A stretch of 63,987 nt of DNA, filler included, from Catajapyx aquilonaris (GCA_000934665.2; 3 parts of 3 records of this genome joined end to end with filler, not necessarily neighbours in it); one strand, 5' to 3'; shown: positions 49,238 through 60,456, counted from the first letter of the whole stretch. The notes: generated by a model from the sequence alone, not told the origin. Translations and numbers: made by a program.

Positions 49238-52200
49238 CCAGGTAGTGCTTGACCTCACGGTATGTAGCACGGACCTTTATTGTGTCTTTGTACGTTGTAC
49301 ATTTTTGGAACCTTTTACGAAGCACCCGGGCCCAGGGCAGGGTGACTGTGAGGGGATGTGCAACGTGCAAGTGCAATGTTTGTTTATTGTACATTTTGTG
49401 AACTCCCCCGGGTGGTTTAGTCTGTCAGAGATTCCACCCGAGACGAAGCCAAAAATGACCTAACTCTGCACGAGATGAAGGTGGTATCCCCGGGCTGGGA
49501 TCGAACCCGGACCTTAACATCCTTGGGCGCATGCATTACTGCAGGGCCATTCCGCCTCCCCTTTTATTTTTGCCACAAATACAGTGCTCGTACAGGTCAG
49601 CAGATCTGCACACATTATCGATACAATCCTCCTGGAGCCGAATACACAGGAGTCATGGGTGTGGAACCTCTCCGTGCCCTCCAGGAGCAACATTTTGGAG
49701 GTCTGGCTCCCACTCCCACCACCACCCACTCCCAGACAACTGCTTACAGTCAACAAAGTCCTCGACATGGCGTCAGCGAAGGTTTTTTTTCATGTCCCTG
49801 AAAAGGTGAAAGTTACTGGGTGCCATGTCAGGTGAGTACAGCGGGTGTGGAAGCAACCATACCCAAATCCAGGGAAAAAACCCTTCGCCCACGCCATTTT
49901 GAGGACATTGTTTACAGTTGTTGACTGTGAGCAGTTGTCCGGTAGTGGGTTCATCACACTCCAAAAGGTGGTTCCTGGAGGGCCTGGAGAGGTTGACATA
50001 CCTGTGGTGGTATGGCATTCGGATCCAGGAGGACTCTGTCTATAATGTGTCACTATCTGCCGATCTGCATGGGCACTGTATTTGTGGCGAAAAAATAAAT
50101 TGTAAATCATTTTAGTATGGCCCTCGTATCATGATTGCATACCCATCCCTCATTTCATCCATGATAGAATCTGTTTGTGAAACTTCTGCCACCAATGCAC
50201 AGGTAGATCACAGGATAGTGATGTGGGGACAAGTTCCCCAAACTCAGTTTATTAAGTCCGGCGCATTTATGGAACAATAATTGTAATATTATTGAGAGTA
50301 AAACCTGGCCTGAATTATTCCGGCCCAGTTTCACACTCAATAATAGTACATTACAGTGCAAACAATGGCAACCCAGTAAAAAAGATCTTAGAAAATGCAT
50401 ACTTGTATATCTGGTGGCTATACCAGCATGCTGGCATAAGAATGGGTATGATAGTAAGGATCTGGTTTTGGACTGTTCACTTGAAAAATATACATCAAGT
50501 GAGAATTATAATTAATTCTTCATGGAAAAATGGAGTAAATAGAGCCTCAAACAGAGGCTGGCATTGGTAACTTTGTGGCTGAATTCATATCCAATATTTT
50601 TATTACATGAGAAATCTCTGTATTGTGGAAGAAAACTGGTTAGTGCAATTGCATGTATTAACCCTGGAACCGTGCCATGGGGTCTTTTAGAACCCCAAGG
50701 GAAAAAATGCATTAAAATGATCATTACAATAAACTTTTGCCAATTTTTTACGCAGTGCAGGTTTATTTTGAATTAGCGATCATTTTAGGCATTGTTCAAA
50801 GATTGATTGTATATAGGCAATAGATTGAAAAGTATTATAAAATAATTAATAACATTTAAAATATGGTGGGGTCCGAAAAGACCCCACGGCACGGTTGCCG
50901 TAATACTCGTAAGCACGGCACGGTTCCAGGGTTAATGCAGCACAATTATTTTGAAACTGCAGTATACTTTAATTTAAGAATTCTTACTGTACCAACGATA
51001 GGCACATCAAAGGAGCCGTCTCCACTGTACACAGTCAGCTTGTGACTGTAGTCCTTGTTCTCTTCAGGAAGGAATCTTATGGGTATGGTGGTAGACATGC
51101 CAGGTGCCAGTTTTGGGATGACAATGGTTGACATACTTAAGGTGAAACATGGACACTCCTTCTGGGTCACTTTCAAGGCCTTGGAGATCTTCATAAAATA
51201 AACTGATTATTAGCCATACATGAAGCCATGAACATAGCATGACCATCATAAATGATTCTACAAAGTGATTGTATACACTACCCTAATATCCAGGGGTGTG
51301 CACACCCCATACACAATGCATCTTTGATTGTTCAAATCTTAAACTGACAATTTGTATCTGTCTCCTCTTTACAGAGCATTGGGATTGCACCATGACACAT
51401 TCCAGTGAAATTTCAACTGCATTTAGCAAACATTAGTCATAATAAATTCTACATGCAACTACAACCAAATATTTTTCTTCGAGTATAGTAACTATACTTG
51501 AAAAAAAAATTGTTGTAATTGCATGTAGAATTATGACTTATTTTTGTTAAATGAATGTGTGATAAACTGTTTATCACACATTCCTTATTTAAACAGTATA
51601 GTATCCAAAACAAATTTGAAGAAAATTGCAAATCATCCAGCAGTGAACCCACATAATTTTACCTGAAAAAGCAAGTCTCACCTTGTCAACATTCATCAGA
51701 GTAAGTGCAACATCATGGATCTTTCCAGGAGTAAACTGTTGAAAAATAATTGCAGGGGGAATAGCCTTATACGAATTGCCAGTTCCTGCCACATCTTGTC
51801 TCTTTTGCTGTCTAATTAGGCGTGCAGTCCGTTCCTCTGTGGTCATTTGGACTTCATGCCGAAAGTGTGTTGGAGTGAACTGTATAGAAAATATACAAAG
51901 TAATGATATAACAACTATTACTAGTAGTACTAAGAGTAATATATTTCATTTACATCTTCGAATTTCGTTAGTAAAAAAGGAACTCTTGGAAAATAAACAT
52001 GACAATTATACAGGGTGTTCCAAGTATGTGGGTCGCTTTAGTTACAGAAAATTTCATTTAAAACTGTTATTTTTTGTAGCTTGCTGCTCCATGTTCCAGT
52101 TTATAGCAACTGCTTTATTCAACAACTTGGAAATAATAATTGGACCCCTGGATTGGGGTCCAAAAACTGCACAAAAATAACTACTTCAGGCGATATTAGC

Positions 52201-52755
52201 AATAACTGAAAGTGACCCAGTCACTTAAAACACTTTATGTTGTTGGAAACGTGAAACACACAAGGTCCAATCTTGGGAGTTTTTAGTTATGTACTGTATA
52301 CAGTGCTGGACATATTAGCCGTCGCTGAATGTTTTTTTCCGGCAACCCCGTCCGGCGGGCCAATTCAAACATCAGACCATGGAGAGCGCTTTCATTGCTG
52401 CCACTGTTTACAAATCAAGTGAGTGATGCGGACGACCCAGCGACGGGTCTCTTCTGCCTGCGCACTCACTCACTCGATTTGTAAACAGTGGCAACAATGG
52501 AAGCGCTCTCCATGGGCTGATGTTTGAACTGGCCCGCCGGACAGGGTTGCCAGGTAACGCCGTCGCCGCCGAAAAAAAACATTCAGCGACAGCTAATTTG
52601 TCCAGCACTGTACACCACTAACAAGTAAGTAGCATTTTTTCTGCTTTATCACCTGGTGATGTATTTAGTCTTACAGATTTATAATGAGCCACCAGGCAAG
52701 ATTTTGTCTTCACTAGCTTGTAAACAAGCATGTAAACAAGTTCTTCATGCTGCAT
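44125..52755 (-). CDS. HYDIN: HYDIN axonemal central-pair apparatus protein, N-terminal part (3'-partial)
   Basis: Minus-strand exons 52755-52675 (inferred first coding exon, MQHEEL..HYKS, less certain), 51879-51682 (FTPTHFRHEVQMTTEER..LMNVDK), 51188-50993 (KLAPGM..FLPEENKDYSHKL), 49015-48877 (ARAVLDFP..VRNIG), 45796-45672 (PFSVNP..YDT), 44326-44125 (GEQVEIGLHG..KWKKFASDEEE). Colinear with the HYDIN N-terminal ASH-like domains; all phases are consistent. Confidence 0.9.
44978..45257 (-). mobile_element. tRNA-derived SINE with V-domain-like core (family E)
   Basis: Minus head GGTGGGCTAGTGGGGTTAGTG..GAGTTCGATCCC; core TCTCCGTGTTCACGTGAGTTTTCTCGTGGTTCTTCCATTTCCTCCCACA; tail hairpin + ACGGGGTA + (ATT)n. 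Confidence 0.7.
45304..45589. mobile_element. MITE embedded in a (CA)n microsatellite
   Basis: TIR CCTGTGGTCCTATACCTATGGGGAC / GTCCCCAGAGCTACTGGACCACAGG, CA repeats on both flanks, internal TAACC-like repeats. Confidence 0.65.
46222..47128 (+). mobile_element. mariner transposon (irritans-like), internally deleted, transposase pseudogene
   Basis: TA|CGAGGGTCGTCCAATAAGTT / AACTTATTGGACGACCCTCG|TA; RAVIKYFQKKG..SVEDDPRSGR, KLSARWVTRDLT, VT..ETWLHHYSPE. Most of the catalytic domain is missing and there are frameshifts. Confidence 0.9.
47350..47776 (+). mobile_element. hAT/Charlie non-autonomous element (MER1/Charlie3/OC1-like)
   Basis: 8-bp TSD CCTTAGGC; ends CAGTGGTCCCCAACCCCCGGGCCGCGGACCGGTACCGGTCCGTGG / CCGGTCC..AAAAAGGTTGGAGACCACTG; internal Charlie C-terminal remnant PRWNCLVAKKQAQ. 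Confidence 0.85.
48579..48670 (+). mobile_element. Very short retroposon 3' end
   Basis: 16-bp TSD AATATTGCTCGATTTG; GCCCTCCAATGGGGTA plus A-rich tail; the same end occurs in reverse at ~11350-11400. Confidence 0.75.
49116..50126. mobile_element. mariner-derived palindromic element with a SINE insertion
   Basis: TA|CGAGGGTCATACTAAAGTGATTTACAATTTATT / AATAAATTGTAAATCATTTTAGTATGGCCCTCG|TA; minus-strand LLPHPLYSPDMAPSNFHLF; body homologous to 35978-37294. Confidence 0.82.
49163..49561 (-). mobile_element. tRNA-derived SINE, family B (tail type 2)
   Basis: TSD ~TTTTGCCACAAAT; B-box GGTTCGATCCC on minus; long (ATT)n tail; head and core match 54765-55055. Confidence 0.85.
50662..50931. mobile_element. 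piggyBac-like MITE
   Basis: TTAA|CCCTGGAACCGTGCC ... GGCACGGTTCCAGGG|TTAA. Confidence 0.8.
52301..52610. mobile_element. Palindromic TA-flanked MITE, copy 1
   Basis: TA|CAGTGCTGGACATATTAGCCGTCGCTGAATGTTTT / AAAACATTCAGCGACAGCTAATTTGTCCAGCACTG|TA; inverted copy at 53279-53613. Confidence 0.88.
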
Positions 52756-52868
52756 TATCTCAAAATGGAATTTTTGGACTGACTGTAATTCTGGATTCTG
52801 GATTCTTCAATTCCTGTTATTCGTGCAAGAATTGAATAATGAACACATGTACTGAATGAATGACACAA

Positions 52869-52882
52869 GTTGCTATGGTAAC
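52869..52882. promoter_or_regulatory. RFX X-box in the putative HYDIN promoter
   Basis: GTTGCTATGGTAAC fits the RFX consensus GTTRCYATGGYAAC and lies ~115 bp upstream of the inferred HYDIN ATG (52755). A second half-site GTTGCTATG follows at 52886-52894. Confidence 0.7.
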
Positions 52883-52985
52883 CCTGTTGCTATGCAAAGG
52901 GGCTGGGGCAGGACGATAGAGGGGAGGGAAATGGGACATACGGACAAACTTTCCCTGATATTAGATTCTCTCAATTTCCAATATA

Positions 52986-53180
52986 CAGTTGGCCCTTCGT
53001 AATAGCATCGCATTGGATCCAGGACTTTCCAAGGATGGTGGATGCTCAACATGTGGTACAGTACAGCAGTATGTATAGAACCTACGCACATCCTTGCATG
53101 CAACTCTAACTCATCTCTAAATCATTTATAATACCTAAAACAATGTGTAAAGGCTATGTAAATAGGTGTTACCAGCATGC
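52986..53180 (+). mobile_element. Tigger/MER2-like element fragment
   Basis: TA|CAGTTGGCCCT..ATTGGATCCAGGAC..GGATGCTCAA..AACCTACGCACATCC..TCATCTCTA..TTATAATACCTAA..GCTATGTAAATAG is colinear with the MER2 consensus as I recall it. Confidence 0.6.
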
Positions 53181-53278
53181 TAGTATAGCCTGGGGGTGGT
53201 CAGTATGCCGCAATACCCAAGGCAGATTTCTATAATTTTGATCTTTGTCAATTTTTTTGGAATGCATCTGATACTGTA

Positions 53279-53613
53279 CAGTGGTGGACATAATAGCCGT
53301 CGCTGAATGTTTTTTTCTGGCGGAGGCGGCGGCGGAGTTACCTGGCAACCCCGTCCGGCGGGCCAATTCAAACATCAGCCCATGAAGAGCGCTTCCATTG
53401 TTGCCACTGTTTACAAATCGAGTGAGTGAGTGCACAGACAGAAGAGACCCGTCGCTGGGTCGTCCGCGTCACTCGTTCGATTTGTAAACAGTGGCAACAA
53501 TGGAAGCGCTCTTCATGGGCTGATGTTTGAATTGGCCCGCCGGACGGGGTTGCCAGGTAACGCCGCCGGCTCCGGAAAAAAACATTCAGCGACGGCTACT
53601 ATGTCCAGCACTG
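53279..53613. mobile_element. Palindromic TA-flanked MITE, copy 2 (opposite orientation)
   Basis: ~140-bp arms; the centre is the reverse complement of that in 52301-52610. Confidence 0.88.
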
Positions 53614-54764
53614 TACTAAAATCATGCTATGATGAAAAATGTGTGAGTACAGGGTTGTGAGAATTTGCAAGTTCATCTGTTGTACAGGGCATAGAGTGTG
53701 ACCAATCCGACTGTCAGCCTGCTCTGAGAGGGGAACCCCCCTAAACATTACAAAGGATCTGCAAAGGACCTAGGGCTCTAGGCAAATTCCTTCAGTCCTT
53801 CATTTTGCTATCAATAGTTCGCTGGTTGCAGATCTCGTTGGTAATGAGATGATCACTTTGCGTAGTGGTATCAATTTGTCTGAGAAGCCTCACCACTCAT
53901 ATAATAAAAATCCAAACAAAACGTATGAAATATCCTGCTAGGTATGCTTCCCTTCTAGCAGCCTTGCACTTTTAATTGAAAATGTTGCAATAATTATTTT
54001 AACTTAACAAACAATCTTATGGGATGTGTCAGGTGTTAGAAGTGCCCTGGACTGTATACGTACCGTAGGACATGGTGTAATGCATTCCTTTGAGTAATAA
54101 TAGTTTTCATAGAGATCGTAAGGAAACCTTGCCTTATACCGGCATACCTCGCTTAGACCGGCATGCGGGTATAGCCACCAGATAGTGCATTTCTAAAAAC
54201 GGGTCAACTTCAACTACAACGGCATGCCGCTTTAAGTGAGGAATTATTTTTTAGAATATTTTTGATCCACAGTTGTTAGACTCACAGTAGATATGGAACG
54301 TGGAGATAAAAATTGAAACTCACATTAGATACTGTATAATGGAGATAATGAGTAGATATAATGTAGATCACAGTAGACATAGAACTTGGGAGATAAAAAG
54401 AGGCCCCATCATATATTGTTTCTTTTTAACATATCCCACTCCTGCCTCTCTCTGCTCTTGCTCACCCCCTTTCTGTTCTTCACCTCTAAGTCATAATAAT
54501 ACTCTATTCACACATCCCAAGCATTTCCATTCATTTCAATCAGCCATTCATTTTTCAATCACCATTCATTTCTATTTAGCATTTTAAAATGCAGGTGTCT
54601 TGTATTTCATTCCCTTCAGTTCAATAATTCCACTCTGAGGTGATTGACACCCATCACTGAATGAGATAAGAAACCAGCACTTAATAGCTGGGAAAAAGCA
54701 CATACAAATAAATACGTCACAAAAAAATCAGATAATTTCTTTACACAATGATTACCAGTTAGGA

Positions 54765-55055
54765 TTTATTTTTTTCTGTACCCTGTGATAGAGCCGAGGC
54801 CCTCGTGGAGGGGTGGAATACCACCATAGGGTGACTGGGAGGGGATGTGCAAAGTGCAAGTGCAATGTCGTTGCTTGGTCATTTTATGAACCCCCCCCCC
54901 GGGTGGATTAATCTATCGCAAATTCCACCCGAGACGAAGCCAGAGATGGCCCAACTCCGCATGAGATGAAGGGGGGAACGCCGGGCTGGGATCAAACCCG
55001 GGACCTCAACATCCGTGGGTGCATATGTTACCGCAGCGCCACTCCATCTCCCCCA
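54765..55055 (-). mobile_element. tRNA-derived SINE, family B (tail type 1)
   Basis: TSD AGTTAGGA; B-box GGTTTGATCCC on minus; tail hairpin + ACAGGGTA + A-rich run. Confidence 0.82.
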
Positions 55056-55378
55056 AGTTAGGAAATTATAACATTGGGAAGCTTGGGAAGGCATTTTTGC
55101 AGTTGGTTTTTATCAGCTTATAAAACATTTGGTATTACATAAGTTGGTATTAGCTGGAGTACTGTTGGCAGTTTTTTTTAAACCTGTTGGAGCAAATTTC
55201 CAGTAACATTTTCAAGCTACATAAGCAGCGTGGCAGTAACATGGAACCTTTTTAAATCACTTCCACTACTTATTTCTTCTTGACTTCCCCACATTAAGAG
55301 CATTTTACGTCACTTCTTCAGATTTTATCATAATCAACATTCTAAATAACTCTGACATGGAAAAGGCCCAGCCATATA

Positions 55379-55689
55379 CAGGGTGTCTACAAATGATTGC
55401 AGCGGTTTCAAAAAATCACTGCGGGTTTTTTATTTAACATAGGATCGAAGTTGTTGTACAAATATGTAGAGAAACTCAATTCTTGGCTATACTCTTGATA
55501 TACCCTAGGTTCTAAGTTATACTGAGGTCGGTGCAACTGGCCCTAAGGGGGCACATATCGAGCACATGTAGGTGTCAAAAAAAACTTGATGAGTTTCTCT
55601 ACATATTTGTACAACAACTTCGATCCTATGTTAAATAGAAAACCCGCAGTGATTTTTTGAAACCGCTGCAATCATTTGTAGACACCCTG
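55379..55689. mobile_element. Tc1-type MITE with ~100-bp near-perfect TIRs
   Basis: TA|CAGGGTGTCTACAAATGATTGCAGCGGTTTCAAAAAATCACTGCGGG..GAGAAACTCA and its reverse complement. Confidence 0.9.
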
Positions 55690-55753
55690 TATCATAGAGT
55701 AGAAAGCTTGCTTAATTTTGTTCTTGAGAACGAGTTTCGAAAGTTTCTCTTTA

Positions 55754-56612
55754 CCCTAATAAGACGGACCGTGGTTTTTCGCGTTTTTGCAAGGATCTGC
55801 AAAAAATTCGCTTGCTTTGTCACTTGGGGGACGAGACGTAAATACACTAGTGAATAGGATCGTCTAGTGTCCAGGCTTGATCCTGAGGCCATCTATGTGA
55901 CCCTCCTCTCATACCATACGGAGATGTAAATTCTTAAATGCGCAACAAGGTGGCGCAGGGGGTTTGTTTCGCACCTACTCCAATTTTTTGTCACTCTGCC
56001 TGCTTGACAAAAAGTATATGGGTATGTAGCCTTGGCACCGCTGAACAAAGCAGTACATAAGCACATGGCATGAATTACGTCACAGGTCAGGCAGGCGTGC
56101 AGCAGTGATAAGCAAACACCCCCTCCCGAGTGTAAACCTCCCTTGCACCCCAGCTGTTCAAAAACCCCACGGGGCATGCACCCCTCCATCCTGACAGAGG
56201 CCGACCGGGAGTAGCGCAGTGGCCCGCCAGCAGCTAATTATCATTTACGAACATTATTTATTTATTTTAAAGCTATTGAATTATCTTTTACACTAATTTT
56301 AGGGTGGAATCGCTTGAGGAGGTTTGGGGGCAACTATGTATGCCAAAAATTTGCCAGCCCAGGTCGGATTTTGTTTTCTTTTTTGAAGTTTTTTTTCAGC
56401 GACCGCAAAAAGAGATTTCATTCAAGTTAATATGGTTAATCCGGTTTATTTATGATAGATTTTGTAGTCCAAAACTCGCGATTTTTTACTGGAGAGAAAA
56501 TTTAAAAAGCCACACAGAAACCAGGGTTACATAGTGGGAAAACGCTATAGTTTTGCGAGCAGAGTTTTGTAAAGCCACCGTATCAGCATATGATACGCCC
56601 ATCTTATTAGGG
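55754..56612. mobile_element. Possible piggyBac-like non-autonomous element
   Basis: TTTA|CCCTAATAAGACGG ... CCATCTTATTAGGG|TTAA; only short TIRs support it. Confidence 0.4.
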
Positions 56613-58411
56613 TTAATTTTTAGATTGCAATTCTTTAAAAATTATTTTGTCATTACATGTCGAGCTAATGGAAAACACTGCCAAATTGTTATGGAAGTGT
56701 AATCAAACGAACATGCATTAAAAACCAGATTGATACAGTACAAGCACAATGACACCCTTTAAGGCCATGGAGGAAATAAAACAATTTCATTACAATCATA
56801 TAGGGGGTGCCACGAAGGTCGAAGGCTAGTCTGACAAGAGACTGCTGACCACTTTAATTGGCACAAGGCTTGCATTTGATGTCTATTAATATTATTATTA
56901 TCATATCATCAATTGTCTTATTTTAAGAAATAATTGCTACTCAGAATCAAAAGAATACCTTATCAGTTTTTGTGCCAGGGAAGGAACAGTCAATTTCCCT
57001 CACTACAAACAGCAGTGCATTTGTGTCCATAACATGTTGATCTCTTCGTGCAGGTTCCATAGTGGAAATCATATGTACTCACTCTACTCAGTAAGTACTC
57101 TCTGTAATAAATGCTTACAAATCAATTTTCACGTAATAGCAACTTACAGACACATCTCATAAAATGCTATTGCCCCGTGCAGCTCATGAACGCACCAATC
57201 TATCATCTTAATGCACTTCACAAAAATCTGTCTTTTAAATGACTATTGACACTGCCTGATTGGTTAATCATGAACAAGTAATTATTCCTATATGAACGGT
57301 ATGGGTTAACAACTTTTTCTCAATTTACCATTTATGACGTAACCAGCCCTAGACCTAGAGAGGGTCCCAGAAAATTAAAAATTGCCTGTAAATGACATAA
57401 TCAGCCCCTTTTAAACACCAATTTGCAAGCAAAAATGGGGTAGTCTCCTGGCATCTAGTACTGTACCAGATTACCCTCCCAGTGTAGTAGATTGGCCTTA
57501 CTGGTGCCTTTTATTACAACACTGTTAAACCCGGTACGTTACTGATACTGTCGGTGGCGAGACAGCCGCTGCCTGTTTCATTCCTCTGGCGCTAAGAACG
57601 TGGGAATGACGGTATGTCCATGGACAAACACTTGCAGAAACTGGTGCTAGATAAATAGAATTGCAGGTGTAATTACTTATTAGCCAAAGAGGCTTACCAC
57701 CTGTGGGCAACAAACCAACAAAGTCCACAAAGTCCCATGCAGTATGGGGCCAGGGCATGCAAAACATTCTAATCAATGTTGTCCCAGGGAAGAACCGGAG
57801 CCGAAGCCCCACGCCCCCGGAACCAGCATCAGCCCAAGCCCGCCCCTGAGCCATCAGCGCCCAGGGAGACCAAAACCTCCTACCCACGCACACCAAAAGC
57901 CCAAGAAACGACCACGAACAATATTATAAATTACTCAAGAAACTGGTGCTGGGCACCTACTTAACTTTCTAAGAAGGATCGTGCGATGCTCGCCGTCTCT
58001 GACTGCGATCAAAGCACTGTTCCAATCGCCCTTCCCGCCATGCTCGCTTGCCTCTCGTAAACAAAGCACCCGCTGCCAAGGCGTGTGGGTCGTCAACTGG
58101 TCGTCAAGGCTGCCATCTTACTACAGGCATGTCAAGGCGAATAATTACAGTTAATTTGTTAATTACTGCACTTGTCTTGTAGTCTCTGACTGTACTTGCA
58201 TTTCACTGCTAGGGGACGTTCAAATCTCTCATGCTGATTAAACTGGATTTGACTGGACATTTGTACATCCTTCAACCACTGATGAGTGCAGTCTGCACCA
58301 ATGTGTACTACCAACCTACATTATTTGTAAATATTCGGATGACGAAACCTGCATGCAATCAAGCCTTGAATCAAGTGCTACTGTCGACCAGATGCACTGT
58401 CATGTAAGGGT

Positions 58412-58441
58412 CAAAGAGCTTATACTAGTATAAGCTCTTTG
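58412..58441. mobile_element. 30-bp perfect palindrome with 8-bp TSD (micro P/hAT-like element)
   Basis: CAAAGAGCTTATACTAGTATAAGCTCTTTG flanked by GTAAGGGT at 58404-58411 and 58442-58449. Confidence 0.75.
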
Positions 58442-58444
58442 GTA

Positions 58445-59762
58445 AGGGTGATTCATATAAAACTGACGCATTTCTTTCTTTATTTATTCGGATGGACATG
58501 CACATAATATATGGCCCATTTTTCGTTTCGAATTAAGCGGGATTCTTTGCAGTTATGATTCCTTGTCAACGCACAGAACACAACACGCTATTGTAAGCTC
58601 TTTGCTATTGGGCGTTCCAAAATCCACGCATCATTCATGAAGCACCAATGCATCAAGTGAAAGTTGGGGTTTGGTGAGCAATCTTCGCACAGATGGGACC
58701 AATTTTTTTTCCACCGGACTGTTAACACTGAAGAGTACCGATGCATTTTCATGGAGTTTGTTGAGCAACGCACTGGATGACACAGAGCTGGGTAAAGGGT
58801 ATTTTCAACAAGACGGTGCCACATGCCAATACATGAAACAAATCCATGGAGCTCATTGAAAGTTTCTTTGACGACCGGGTAATTTTCAAGAGTCTGTGGC
58901 CACCGAGATCTCCCGATTTGACAAGCCCGGATTTCTTTCTATGGGGTCTCTTAACCCCTTCATTCCCACTGTAGCCATATGGCAACAATTAATCTGGCGG
59001 CAAGCCGGCAAAGCGTTCGCATGCAGAAGGCAAACTTTGTGGGTCAAACTTCTTGTGGCATCTAGTGGATGGTGACTCAGCACCCACAAAGTCGGATTGT
59101 TATATTTTGCTCGCGCCCTTGAAAGGTAAACAACCCCCCACCCGGCCGCGTAATTACAGGGTGTCCCATAAGTCTGGACTCTTAGGAATTTCTCATAGTG
59201 CAGTGTTTTAGTATTATTTTGCAACCATCGTAACAATTTTATAGTGATTTTAAAATTTTAAATTAATTTAATTGCATTTAAAGTTAATTGCCTTTAAATT
59301 TTTTTTCTGGAACACCCAGTAGGGGAATGTTTTCGGCATTTTTACATTCCAAAGGACCACCACGAGTAAAAATGATAAATATTGAAGAACATTGTTTTTC
59401 ATTATATCACTCCTACTACAAATTTTTTTCAAAAAGAGAAGAAACGGCCCAAAAAATTCAGGAATGAAAGGGTTAAAAGACAGAGTTTACGCCACACGCC
59501 CCCAAACGTTGGACGATTTGAAGCAGAACATTACACAAGAGATCAATGGTCTTGACAACAGCATTCTCCCAACGAACGGCCAGCAACATGGAACATGTTG
59601 CGCTGTGCTTAGAGCAGGAGGGAGGACATTTTCAACATTTTCTCTAGCGTTTAGTATTCTCCCAAAGTTACTCTACATTTGAGTTACAATAAATAAATAA
59701 ATACACCATTCTTGTTCAAATTAATTGAGAACGAAATGCGTCAGTTTTATGTGAATCACCCT
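58445..59762 (+). mobile_element. Degenerate Tc1/mariner-superfamily transposon with a nested TTAA element
   Basis: TIRs AGGGTGATTCATATAAAACTGACGCATTTC / GAAATGCGTCAGTTTTATGTGAATCACCCT; remnants YFQQDGAT, WPPRSPDLTSPDFFLWGL|LKDRVYATRPQTLDDLKQNI. Confidence 0.87.
58955..59472. mobile_element. piggyBac-like MITE inserted in the transposase remnant
   Basis: TTAA|CCCCTTCATTCC ... GGAATGAAAGGG|TTAA; its removal restores the host reading frame. Confidence 0.85.
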
Positions 59763-60456
59763 ATTATCTGATACTGTATTATTTTACAGGCATATTAGAA
59801 ATATCGTACAGTACACTGTCAAGCTCTTGACACTGTGTAGTGGGCATGCAGTTGATGCCAGCGGCAGCCAATGATGAGATCTCAGCATCAATCTCAGCAA
59901 ATAATCAATAACAACGGAAATTGAAATATGAATTTATGATAATAACATAACATGCTTTATTCACTATACTGGACTGCACTGTATGTATGCCAATATTTCA
60001 ACTTATTGTGACGATTTCCTCATTGAAATGCATTTGGGTGTGTACTGTACATCACAATGAGCTTCATTTACTTGCAGGACCTACATAAGTTATGCTGCAT
60101 AATATCTCCCTATACAAAATTACAATGTTTAATTGAAGTTCATTCAACCATGATACCATATCACAGAAGTTCCAGGTATTTCCTGCATGGACAGGGAAAT
60201 CTCTGAATATGGTAGCTAGCTTTTAGAGTTTGAAGCAAATTGAAAGCAGACTGCATATATTGAAACCTTGCAAACAAGGTCAGTTTCAGATGTAGGCCTA
60301 TGCATTACATTGCAGGCCACGTTGCAGGCATGTGGATATACTGTAAATATTACCTCAGTGCCAAGACAAGCAGTTCTCACAGCAGTCATGTTTCCCATCT
60401 ATTCAGGTTATGCTACACACAGGTATCACTGACTATGGGTGTCACTGGACAGTACA

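Noticed and set aside
21636..52755. THEG and HYDIN as a sperm-axoneme gene cluster
   Set aside because: They are separated by an artificial spacer and lie on different scaffolds.
57626..57670. miR-29/285-family microRNA (TAGCACCA seed on minus)
   Set aside because: The opposite arm lacks the complement needed for a pre-miRNA hairpin.
58279..58305. Hammerhead ribozyme (CTGATGA followed by a GTGCA/TGCAC stem)
   Set aside because: The required GAAA after stem II is replaced by CAAT, and stems I and III are not evident.
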